From Octopus sinensis (lineage: Eukaryota), in assembly GCF_006345805.1 (NCBI RefSeq), contig NW_021834602.1, positions 1 through 64,000 of the forward strand: a stretch of DNA of 64,000 nucleotides. The letters are read 5' to 3'. A program made the position numbers and the translations under genes. Below the pieces are notes generated by a model. That model made no database searches. It was given only the letters and a program-made list of their open reading frames with translations, and was not told where the DNA came from. Positions within the stretch are counted from its first letter, which is position 1, and each line of letters begins with the position of its first letter. Positions 1 through 11,809 of this stretch are shown here, in pieces.

Positions 1-974
1 CTGAGAAAGCGGTAAATACGCACTACGTCACTAATATTTAGTTGCTCTCTAAATCCTTGGTGAGGGAGCCGCATGTCTGATTAAACATTTGTTAATACTT
101 GTAGTTTTAATATTTGTAGTTTTATTGTTTTTGAAAGTCGTATTATCTTTTAAATAGTTTAATTAGCTTTAAACATAGCAAGGTTTATAATATTAGTTTA
201 ATACAACTATTTTTATTAGTTCCTATTTAATGAAATTTAAGTGTATGTTAGTCACCGGTAATTTAGTATTATAACTTGTAGTGGTGATATATTAATGAGT
301 ATGTAGTGTTTCATTATTAACTTTTGAAAGATAAAATAATGTAGTTCACCCATAAAAATATTAGTTAAATTAAGTTCAATCGTGTTTTGTTTCGGAAAGA
401 AATTTATAAGATCTGAACTTTCATTATAGTAAAATCTATGGAAGACCGGTGGGATTATTATCTATATAGACTTAAAGATGGATCGCAATTTCGCATATAA
501 TTAGTTATTGCTGTTTATCATTAATACCGATACAATGTATATTGGTTTAAATGTCTCTTGTTGTAGCTTTAGTAAGGTGTAATCCTGCTTATACATTGAT
601 TGATAAAATAATGTTGTTATTAAACTTTACTTTTATATTGCACTACGGAAGACGGTAGGGATTATAATTTTTTATCTTAACAGCGTTGTCGCTGTTTAGT
701 TTCGTATTTAGGAAGGGTTGTAATTTACATATGGAATATATTTATGGATACGGTTTACATTGGGTAAATGTGTTTGAAAGTTGTGGTTTCTTTGGTTTGT
801 TTGTTTGTCCCCAAACAACACTTATTTTAGTGTTGTTGACACCACGGGATTGAATGGTATTGCCCAGGTGTCGAAAACATAATGATATCCGTAGGGCAGC
901 TGTTGATGGAGGTACGTTGGATTGTTGGCATGGCTGTGAAATAGTATTATAACGCATCCTTTTGATATATATAC

Positions 975-1017
<43 letters not shown>

Positions 1018-1040
1018 ATATATATAATATATATATATAT

Positions 1041-3098
1041 TACATTATATAGTTAGGGTTTAGTAAAATAAATTACTTTGCCACATACTGAACTTAGTAG
1101 AAATAGCAGCCAAAAAAATTTTTCTTAGCATTTCTACTACTTAAAGAAAATTTCTCTCAGATAATGTTTCTCTAGACAGCTCACGAAGGTTTTGGGGTAA
1201 GTACAGAAAAATATCACAAGTACATAGATCGTTTGAGTACGTCAACGTTTCAAGATTAGCCAAATAAAATCAGCATTTCTTTCGTCAGCTCAAAATTTCT
1301 TAATTTGGATTTGGAAACACTAAAAAGAAGGAACTTACCTATCAGCGAACTTGTCGCTTCAGATGAACCAGTCCACTAAACAGTGTCAACAAATTCAAAA
1401 TGCGGCGGCGTAAATTCTGCACTCCCCATTCCACCCACGTGGTCTATCTAGCAAACATTATATTTTAACCGCGAGAACCGAGGCAGTATGACCGAGAGAA
1501 ATGATTATAATATCAACAATTGAGGGTAAAATTAATTAATTAATCAATTTCATCAAGTGTTCAGTATGTAAAAGGACCATTAAGGCGAATTCAAATTTAC
1601 ATTATATAATTAGGGCTTAGTAAAAAAATTACTTTGCCACATACTGAACTTAGTAGAAATAGCAGCCAAAAAAATTTTTTTCTTAGCATTTCTACTACTT
1701 AAAAAGAAATTTCTCTCAGATAATGTTACTCTAGACAGCTCACGAAGGTTTGGGGGTAAATATACAGAAAAATATCACAAGTACATAGATCGTTTGAGTA
1801 CGTCAACGTTTCAAGATTAGCCAAATAAAATCAGCATTTCTTCGTCAGCTCAAATTTCTTAATTTGGATTGGAAACACTAAAAAGAAGGAACTTTACCTA
1901 TCAGCGAACTTGTCGTTCAGATGAACAGTCCAACTAAACAGTGTCAACAAATTCAAAATGCGCAGGCGTAATTCTGCACTCCCCATTCCACCCACGTGTC
2001 TATCTAGCAAACATTATATTTTAACCGCGAGAACCGAGGCAGTATGACCGAGAGAAAGTGAATTATAATATCAACAATTGAGGGTAAAATTAATTAATAA
2101 TCAATTTCATCAAGTGTTCAGTATGTAAAAGGACCATTTAAGGCGAATTCAAAATATTACATTATATAATTAGGGCTTAGTAAAATAAATTACTTTGCAA
2201 CATACTGAACCTTAGTAGACATAGCAGCCAAAAAAATTTTTTTTTCTTAGCATTTCTACTACTTAAAGAAAGTTCTCTCCGATAATGTTACTTAGACAGC
2301 TCACGAAGGTTTGGGGGTAAATACAGAAAAATATCACAAGTACATAGATCGTTTGAGTACGTCAACGTTTCAAGATTAGCCAATAAAATCAGCATTCTTC
2401 GTCAGCTAAAAATTTCTTAATTTGGATTTGGAAACACTAAAAAGAAGGAACTTACCTATCAGCGAACTTGTCGCTTCAGATGAACTACTCAACTAAACAG
2501 TGTCAACAAATTCAAAATGCGCAGGCGTAAAATTCTGCACTCCTCATTCCACCCACGTGGTCTATCTAGCAAACATTATATTTTAACCGCGAGAACCGAG
2601 GCAGTATGACCGAGAGAAATGAATTATAATATCAACAATTGAGGGTAAAATTAATTAATTAATCAATTTCACCAAGTGTTCAGTATGTAAAAGGACCATT
2701 TAAGGCGAATTCAAAATATTACATTATATAATTAGGGCTTAGTAAAATAAATTACTTTGCCACATACTGAACTTAGTAGAAATAGCAGCCAAAAAAGATT
2801 TTTTTCTTAGCATTTCTACTACTTAAAGAAAATTTCTCTCAGATAATGTTTACTCTAGACAGCTCACGAAGGTTTGGGGGTAAATACAGAAAAATATCAC
2901 AAGTACATAGATCGTTTGAGTACGTCAACGTTTCAAGATTAGCCAAATAAAATCAGCATTCTTTCGTCAGCTCAAAATTCTAATTGGATTGGAAACACTA
3001 AAAAGAAGGAACTTTACCTATCAGCGAACTTGTCGCTTCAGATGAACCAGTCCAACTAAACAGTGTCAACAAATTCAAAATGCGCAGGCGTAAAATTC
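1041..3098 (-). mobile_element. Family A tandem array (~3.7 units of 557-562 bp), non-coding, each unit with a type I hammerhead ribozyme; retrozyme / Penelope pseudo-LTR-like
   Basis: Unit starts (tacattatat...taggg) at 1041, 1598, 2158 and 2720. No ORF >=60 aa in the track. HHR core on - strand in each unit. Left end abuts (TA)n at 961-1040. Confidence 0.85.
1232..1294 (-). ncRNA. Type I hammerhead ribozyme, family A unit 1 (further copies 1793-1854, 2352-2411, 2915-2976)
   Basis: Sense consensus UUUGAG-CUGACGA-AAGA...UCUU-GAAA-CG UUGA CG-UA^CUCAAA. Helix I 6 bp, helix II closed by A-U, helix III 3 bp, GUA cleavage triplet. Confidence 0.88.
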
Positions 3099-3732
3099 GC
3101 CTTAAATGGTCCTTTTACATACTGAACACTTGATGAAATTGATTAATTAATTAATTTTACCCTCAATTGTTGATATTATAATTCATTTCTCTCGGTTATA
3201 CTGCCTCGGTTCTCGCGGTTAAAATATAATGTTTGCTAGATAGACCACGTGGGTGGAATGGGGAGTGCAGAATTTTACGCCTGCGCATTTTGAATTTGTT
3301 GACACTGTTTAGTTGGACTGGTTCATCTGAAGCGACAAGTTCGCTGATAGGTAAAGTTCCTTCTTTTTAGTGTTTTTCCAAATCCAAATTAAGAAATTTG
3401 AGCTGACGAAAGAATGCTGATTTTATTTGGCTAATCTTGAAACGTTGACGTACTCAAACGATCTATGTACTTGTGATATTTTTCTGTATTTACCCCCAAA
3501 CCTTCGTGAGCTGTCTAGAGTAAACCTTATCTGAGAGAATTTTCTTTAAGTAGTAGAAATGCTAAGAAAAATCTTTTTGGCTGGCTATTTTCTACTAAGT
3601 TTCAGTATGTGGCAAAGTATTTTATTTTACTAAGCCCTAATTAATAATGTAATATTTTGAATTCGCCTTAAATGGTCCTTTTACATACTGAACACTTGGT
3701 GAAAATGATAATAATTAATTTTACCCTCAATT

Positions 3733-3738
<6 letters not shown>
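3094..3738 (+). mobile_element. Inverted segment of family A (~1.1 unit) joined to the array
   Basis: From 3094 the sequence is the reverse complement of the A unit (aattcgccttaaatggtcc...). The junction shares aattc (3094-3098). Ends in (TA)n. Confidence 0.9.
3397..3458 (+). ncRNA. Type I hammerhead ribozyme, family A inverted copy
   Basis: Read directly: tttgag ctgacga aagaatgctgattttatttggctaatctt gaaa cgttgacg ta ctcaaa. Predicted cleavage after 3452. Confidence 0.9.
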
Positions 3739-3767
<29 letters not shown>

Positions 3768-3956
3768 ATATATATATATATAATATATTATATATATATA
3801 TACCGGTATAAGCACATAAATGTGAAGCAAGGTGGAAAAAGGAGTACTCAATACCCTTCGTCGGACAGTTTTGTAAAAATAACAAAACTGTCCGACGAAC
3901 GGGAACTTGAAACTCTGAGTAACAACTTTTGTTATATCTCTGCTGCTTTTATAAAG

Positions 3957-4001
<45 letters not shown>

Positions 4002-4084
4002 TATATATATATATATATGCGTGTGTGTGTGTGGTTGTGTGTGTGTGTGTTATGTATACACGCATATGCCCACACAGACATATA

Positions 4085-4126
<42 letters not shown>

Positions 4127-4130
4127 TGCT

Positions 4131-4510
4131 ACCTGGATATGGCTGTTCGACCTTGCTACCATTTTTAACTCCAGAAAGAGCCACCTCCAACTGGTTATAG
4201 ATGCAATCTGTGCCCAGTATATATTGCATGCTGGGGAGCGCACCCCTATCATCTAGCAGACGACGGGATTACAAGACCGAACGGTTTCGGACTACTTGTG
4301 TCCATCGTCAGTGATGAACACCCAACCACTAGAAATAACAGGAATTCCCTCTAGATCGCAATATATAGAAAACCAAACGACAATCAGTCACTGATTGTAG
4401 CAGTTAGAAAATCGCATCAATGTGGCTGTTCGATGTTACACGCGTTTCTAACCTCAGGAAGAGCCTCCTCCAGCTGGTTATCGATGCAATCTGCACCCGG
4501 TATGTATTGC
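4131..4510 (-). repeat. Diverged ~285-bp-period duplication flanking a hammerhead core (family E; Penelope pLTR/retrozyme-like relic)
   Basis: 4131-4228 (tggctgttcga...gagccacctccaactggttatagatgcaatctg...tattgca) recurs at 4416-4510 with substitutions. An HHR core lies between the two copies. Confidence 0.6.
4269..4317 (-). ncRNA. Hammerhead ribozyme core (helices II and III intact, helix I decayed)
   Basis: Sense CUGACGA-U-GGAC acaagua GUCC-GAAA-CCG UU CGG-UC. One extra U after A9. Flanks pair poorly. Confidence 0.7.
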
Positions 4511-4643
4511 ACAGGCGTGGCTGTGTGGTAAGAAGACAGTTTCCCAGCCACATGATTCTAGATTCAGTCCCACTGCGTGGCACCTTGAGAAAGTGGTTTT
4601 TACTATAGCCTCGGACGGAAACCGAAAGAAGCCAGTCGTATAC
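4511..4643 (+). mobile_element. 5' fragment of octopus tRNA-derived SINE (family 1)
   Basis: ggctgtgtggtaag...ttcagtcccactgcgtggcacctt matches the head of the other family 1 copies in the window. Confidence 0.75.
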
Positions 4644-5558
4644 GTATATATAAATATAAAAAAATGGAACAAAACGCAATAGAAGATAAAACATCCGGAC
4701 AGATAGACGATACAAAGGTGGACAGGAAAACGACAATTAGAGGGAGAGGAAAAAAAGGACGGATCATTCGTGGCTTTCCTCCGTCAGTCAAATTACCAGA
4801 TGTCTTTACAGTTTCGAGCAGTTATACTTGAAACTGTTCGATCTGGTTGCCCCCCCCCCATAAAAAAAGTCCAAGCTAAGAGCATGGGATATTTTTGTAA
4901 TAAAGCAAGCTAATGTGTACGACAATAAAGACAACAAACGGAGAACATGTTACACAATTACAAATACAAACAACAAGAATATAACGACAGGTGTCTTTCG
5001 ACTGAGGACGAGTCAAATTGAGTTGGCGTGTATAAAGTGAAAGATGTGGGCGGTCGGCAGCCAGACCAAGAACGATCATGGCTGGCCGAACACCGGTCAC
5101 GTAGAAGAAGAGAGGTGTAGGGGGCAGCTGGATTGAAAGATTAGAAAAAAATCAAAGAGACAAAGAGAAAGTTACAGAGGAGATAAACGAGGAGGCAAAG
5201 TAGGAGTTAAAGAAAGAGAGGGCCAAGAATTGTGAGAAAGAGAGGGGGAGCGAGAAAAAGAAAAGAGGTAGAAAGTATGAGAGGAACTACATGAAAAGGG
5301 TAAAAGAGTCGTGCAAAATTTTGAAACATACTTATTATAAGGTGAGCAAAAGTCGACGTACGTCGCTATTTATAAATGTTCGTTATACATAATAATAAGG
5401 TACACATGCCCATATATGTACAATGATAATTGTAACATCATCTTATATTTACAGACATATATTATACATTGTACATATTCCACCAATTTATCTAACTTCC
5501 CCAGCTTAAATCTACCCCTTCTCTTTCCTTCCCCCCTCAGTCATTTGTGCTATGTATG

Positions 5559-5596
<38 letters not shown>

Positions 5597-5607
5597 CATA
5601 CATACAT

Positions 5608-5673
<66 letters not shown>

Positions 5674-6135
5674 ATACACATACATATATATATATATACA
5701 TATACATATATATATACACATTATATACATACATATATATATATATATATAAAAGCACGATAGATAGATAGACAAATAGATAAAAATGTAGATATATATG
5801 GGTGTGCATGTATGTAAGTGTATATCTATGTGTATAAATATTTTAATATATTTTCATATATACATATATATGTGCACACATATATATACACACACCTCTA
5901 TACACATATATACATGCATGCACACGCACATCATACACATGCGTCTATACGTGTGGGAGTATGCATGAATATATATATATTTATGTATGTATATTACATA
6001 TATATGCAAATCTTTATACATATATATACGTACATATATATATATATATATATATACCTTTACATATTTATATATATATATATGTGTGTGTGTGTATTTA
6101 CATATACATATATATGTAATTATATACATTAGTTT

Positions 6136-6199
<64 letters not shown>

Positions 6200-6800
6200 A
6201 TAGATAAATGCTATCTTATAAATATATATATTATATAGAAAAAGATCTATAAATGCTACCATCTACCTACACACACACACACACACACACACACACTTTC
6301 TCACATTTGTAAATAAACACCCATTCATATTTACGCACACTTATATATATTTGTTGAAGGACATATAGATATACATACATAAACGCAGTTGCCGTCCGTT
6401 TTAGCAGCAAATCAAAATGCTTTTGTCGTCTGAACCTCTCGTTGATTGGTCAGGACATATCCTCACATGAATCATTCACTTCTTCATGCTATTTCGGTTG
6501 TCGGACATATTTTTGCAGCACGTCTATCTTCCTGAACAAACGAAACAATGTCAACAAACGAGAAATAGATTGTGGATAGTAAAATTAAAAATGACTCCAT
6601 TTTCTTGTCTTCCTACAGCGACAAATATTGTAAAAGCTACTGCAATCATATATCACCATAAATGCCATACTTTTTCTCATATATATACACTATATATATA
6701 TATATATATCTTGTGGCTTTCACGTTATTTATATTTATTATGTAAAGTTGTATTAATAGTATATATATATATAAATTATATATATATATATATAATTATA

Positions 6801-6843
<43 letters not shown>

Positions 6844-7622
6844 TAAGCAATAAGGGTTCAGCAACGAATTGCCTTACCACATACCGAATTTAGAAATAGC
6901 AGTCAAAGGGTTATAGCTATTTCTTCTACTAAAAAGGAGATCTCAGTAAAAACAGCAATGGAAGGCTGACACAAACAGGTAAGAGAGAATGAATTAACCG
7001 CAATCTATCAAACATTTTTAAAGTTATCCACGGACGTACGTTTCGAAATCAAGTTTTAGGAAAGCATAAGAATTAAAATATTAAATATTAAATAATTCTA
7101 TCTTACCGAAACTTCTTTTCTTCAGCGTGGAATACTATAATCATAAATGATTATATATTGAATTTTGAGATACTAGGAGGTACCAACTCAACTCAGTATC
7201 AGAGCGAGCTAGAATCCTCAACTAGTATCACCGAATTCAAATTTGTGAATGAAACTGTGTCAACAGCCCCTTCCCACCCGCGTGTAGCCAAAACAAGATG
7301 CTGTAGTCATCTACTGAGATAAAATATGGTTATCCGTAATAATGAAGGGGATGAAATTAATTAATTTGGAATAATTATCAATTACACCAAGTAGTCTTCG
7401 GCATGTAAAAGCCTCATTTGAGGAAAATTAAGTAATACTAAGCAATAAGGGTTCAGCAACGAATTGCCTTACCACATACCGAATTTAGAAATAGCAGTCA
7501 AAGGGTTATAGCTATTTCTTCTACTAAAAAGGGAGATCTCAGTAAAAACAGCAATTGGAAGGCTGACACAAACAGGTAAGAGAGAATGAATTAACCGCAA
7601 TCTATCAAACATTTTTAAGTTA

Positions 7623-7729
7623 TCCACGGACGTACGTTTCGAAATCAAGTTTTAGGAAAGCATAAGAATTAAAATATTAAATATTAAATAATTCTATCTT
7701 ACCGAAACTTCTTTTCTCTTCAGCGTGGA
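7623..7729 (-). ncRNA. Type I hammerhead ribozyme with 76-nt extended helix II, family B (representative unit 2)
   Basis: Sense UCCACG-CUGAAGA-GAAA ag AAGUU...AACUU ga UUUC-GAAA-CGUACG-UC^CGUGGA. Helix I 6 bp, G10.1-C11.1 pair, palindromic ACGUACGU helix III, GUC triplet. Confidence 0.9.
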
Positions 7730-10700
7730 ATACTATAATCATAAATGATTATATATTGAATTTTGAGATACTAGGAGGTACCAACTCAACTCAGTATCAG
7801 AGCGAGCTAGAATCCTCAACTAGTATCACCGAATTCAAATTTGTGAATGAAACGATTGTGTCAACAGCCCCTTCCCACCCGCGTGTAGCCAAAACAAGAT
7901 GCTGTAGTCATCTACTGAGATAAAATATGGTTATCCGTAATAATGAAGGGTGAAATTAATTAATTTGGAATAATTATCAATTACACCAAGTAGTCTTCGG
8001 CATGTAAAAGCCTCATTTGAGGAAAATTTAAGTAATACTAAGCAATAAGGGTTCAGCAACGAATTGCCTTACCACATACCGAATTTAGAAATAGCAGTCA
8101 AAGGGTTATAGCTATTTCTTCTACTAAAAAGGGAGATCTCAGTAAAAACAGCAATTGGAAGGCTGACACAAACAGGTAAGAGAGAATGAATTAACCGCAA
8201 TCTATCAAACATTTTTAAAGTTATCCACGGACGTACGTTTCGAAATCAAGTTTTAGGAAAGCATAAGAATTAAAATATTAAATATTAAATAATTCTATCT
8301 TACCGAAACTTCTTTTCTCTTCAGCGTGGAATACTATAATCATAAATGATTATATATTGAATTTTGAGATACTAGGAGGTACCAACTCAACTCAGTATCA
8401 GAGCGAGCTAGAATCCTCAACTAGTATCACCGAATTCAAATTTGTGAATGAAACGATTGTGTCAACAGCCCCTTCCCACCCGCGTGTAGCCAAAACAAGA
8501 TGCTGTAGTCATCTACTGAGATAAAATATGGTTATCCGTAATAATGAAGGGTGAAATTAATTAATTTGGAATAATTATCAATTACACCAAGTAGTCTTCG
8601 GCATGTAAAAGCCTCATTTGAGGAAAATTTAAGTAATACTAAGCAATAAGGGTTCAGCAACGAATTGCCTTACCACATACCGAATTTAGAAATAGCAGTC
8701 AAAGGGTTATAGCTATTTCTTCTACTAAAAAGGGAGATCTCAGTAAAAACAGCAATTGGAAGGCTGACACAAACAGGTAAGAGAGAATGAATTAACCGCA
8801 ATCTATCAAACATTTTTAAAGTTATCCACGGACGTACGTTTCGAAATCAAGTTTTAGGAAAGCATAAGAATTAAAATATTAAATATTAAATAATTCTATC
8901 TTACCGAAACTTCTTTTCTCTTCAGCGTGGAATACTATAATCATAAATGATTATATATTGAATTTTGAGATACTAGGAGGTACCAACTCAACTCAGTATC
9001 AGAGCGAGCTAGAATCCTCACTAGTATCACCGAATTCAAATTTGTGAATGAAACGATTGTGTCAACAGCCCCTTCCCACCCGCGTGTAGCCAAAACAAGA
9101 TGCTGTAGTCATCTACTGAGATAAAATATGGTTATCCGTAATAATGAAGGGTGAAATTAATTAATTTGGAATAATTATCAATTACACCAAGTAGTCTTCG
9201 GCATGTAAAAGCCTCATTTGAGGAAAATTTAAGTAATACTAAGCAATAAGGGTTCAGCAACGAATTGCCTTACCACATACCGAATTTAGAAATAGCAGTC
9301 AAAGGGTTATAGCTATTTCTTCTACTAAAAAGGAGATCTCAGTAAAAACAGCAATTGGAAGGCTGACACAAAAGGTAAGAGAGAATGAATTAACCGCAAT
9401 CTATCAAACATTTTTAAAGTTATCCACGGACGTACGTTTCGAAATCAAGTTTTAGGAAAGCATAAGAATAAAATATTAAATATTAAATAATTCTATCTTA
9501 CCGAAACTTCTTTTCTCTTCAGCGTGGAATACTATAATCATAAATGATTATATATTGAATTTTGAGATACTAGGAGGTACCAACTCAACTCAGTATCAGA
9601 GCGAGCTAGAATCCTCAACTAGTATCACCGAATTCAAATTTGTGAATGAACGATTGTGTCACAGCCCCTTCCCCCCGCGTGTAGCCAAAACAAGATGCTG
9701 TAGTCATCTACTGAGATAAAATATGGTTATCCGTAATAATGAAGGGTGAAATTAATTAATTTGGAATAATTATCAATTACACCAAGTAGTCTTCGGCATG
9801 TAAAAGCCTCATTTGAGGAAAATTTAAGTAATACTAAGCAATAAGGGTTCAGCAACGAATTGCCTTACCACATACCGAATTTAGAAATAGCAGTCAAAGG
9901 GTTATAGCTATTTCTTCTACTAAAAAGGGAGATCTCAGTAAAAACAGCAATTGGAAGGCTGACACAAACAGGTAAGAGAGAATGAATTAACCGCAATCTA
10001 TCAAACATTTTTAAAGTTATCCACGGACGTACGTTTCGAAATCAAGTTTTAGGAAAGCATAAGAATTAAAATATTAAATATTAAATAATTCTATCTTACC
10101 GAAACTTCTTTTCTCTTCAGTGGAATACTATAATCATAAATGATTATATATTGAATTTTGAGATACTAGGAGGTACCAACTCAACTCAGTATCAGAGCGA
10201 GCTAGAATCCTCAACTAGTATCACCGAATTCAAATTTGTGAATGAAACGATTGTGTCAACAGCCCCTTCCCACCCGCGTGTAGCCAAAACAAGATGCTGT
10301 AGTCATCTACTGAGATAAAATATGGTTATCCGTAATAATGAAGGGTGAAATTAATTAATTTGGAATAATTATCAATTACACCAAGTAGTCTTCGGCATGT
10401 AAAAGCCTCATTTGAGGAAAATTTAAGTAATACTAAGCAATAAGGGTTCAGCAACGAATTGCCTTACCACATACCGAATTTAGAAATAGCAGTCAAAGGG
10501 TTATAGCTATTTCTTCTACTAAAAAGGGAGATCTCAGTAAAAACAGCAATTGGAAGGCTGACACAAACAGGTAAGAGAGAATGAATTAACCGCAATCTAT
10601 CAAACATTTTTAAAGTTATCCACGGACGTACGTTTCGAAATCAAGTTTTAGGAAAGCATAAGAATTAAAATATTAAATATTAAATAATTCTATCTTACCG

Positions 10701-11545
10701 AAACTTCTTTCTCTTCAGCGTGGAATACTATAATCATAAATGATTATATATGAATTTTGAGATACTAGGAGGTACCAACTCAACTCAGTATCAGAGCGAG
10801 CTAGAATCCTCAACTAGTATCACCGAATTCAAATTTGTGAATGAAACGATTGTGTCAACAGCCCCTTCCCACCCGCGTGTAGCCAAAACAAGATGCTGTA
10901 GTCATCTACTGAGATAAAATATGGTTATCCGTAATAATGAAGGGTGAAATTAATTAATTTGGAATAATTATCAATTACACCAAGTAGTCTTCGGCATGTA
11001 AAAGCCTCATTTGAGGAAAATTTAAGTAATACTAAGCAATAAGGGTTCAGCAACGAATTGCCTTACCACATACCGAATTTAGAAATAGCAGTCAAAAGGT
11101 TATAGCTATTTCTTCTACTAAAAAGGGAGATCTCAGTAAAAACAGCAATTGGAAGGCTGACACAAACAGGTAAGAGAGAATGAATTAACCGCAATCTATC
11201 AAACATTTTTAAAGTTATCCACGGACGTACGTTTCGAAATCAAGTTTTAGGAAAGCATAAGAATTAAAATATTAAATATTAAATAATTCTATCTTACCGA
11301 AACTTCTTTTCTCTTCAGCGTGGAATACTATAATCATAAATGATTATATATTGAATTTTGAGATACTAGGAGGTACCAACTCAACTCAGTATCAGAGCGA
11401 GCTAGAATCCTCAACTAGTATCACCGAATTCAAATTTGTGAATGAAACGATTGTGTCAACAGCCCCTTCCCACCCGCGTGTAGCCAAAACAAGATGCTGT
11501 GTAGTCATCTACTGAGATAAAATATGGTTTTCCGTAATAATGAAG

Positions 11546-11809
11546 TCTAATTTTCTCATTATATATGCGTGATGAAAAGTAAGTATTATTACGTGGGAGA
11601 TGTATTGTGTTGAGGGTGAAATATCCTTGTTACCACAGTTTTCGAGTTTGAATCAAGTTTTGTGTAAATATATTGAAATTTCTCTTGAATTTGATCTTCA
11701 CGTTGTGTAATATGAGGGAGTATTGTTTGAGCGTGTAGTCAATGTGATTAAGTTGTGTGAATGAATGGTGTTCAACAGTGTAGAAATGTGAATGCTAGTT
11801 AGTCATTTG
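11546..11809. other. Garbled, compressed copy of the B unit interrupting the array; probable low-quality consensus
   Basis: Contains collinear degraded echoes of the unit (ttaccacag, aatcaagtttt, tgtgaatgaa, tcaacag, tagtcat) and is C-poor. Confidence 0.55.

Noticed and set aside
1041-3738. Helentron/DINE-1-like reading of the subterminal inverted 10-mers
   Set aside because: The inverted 10-mers pair across the unit junction, favour the HHR-sense RNA strand (G-U wobble in B) and co-occur with a ribozyme. A retro-RNA explanation fits better, although Helentron is not formally excluded.
4985-5055. HHR-like gact/agtc hairpin followed by GAAA on the - strand
   Set aside because: No CUGANGA upstream and no U at 16.1.
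3672-6132. ORFs rich in IY/YI, HT/TH or CV/VC dipeptides here and throughout the window
   Set aside because: They are translations of (TA)n, (CA)n and (TG)n microsatellites, which lack stops in some frames. No protein-like content.
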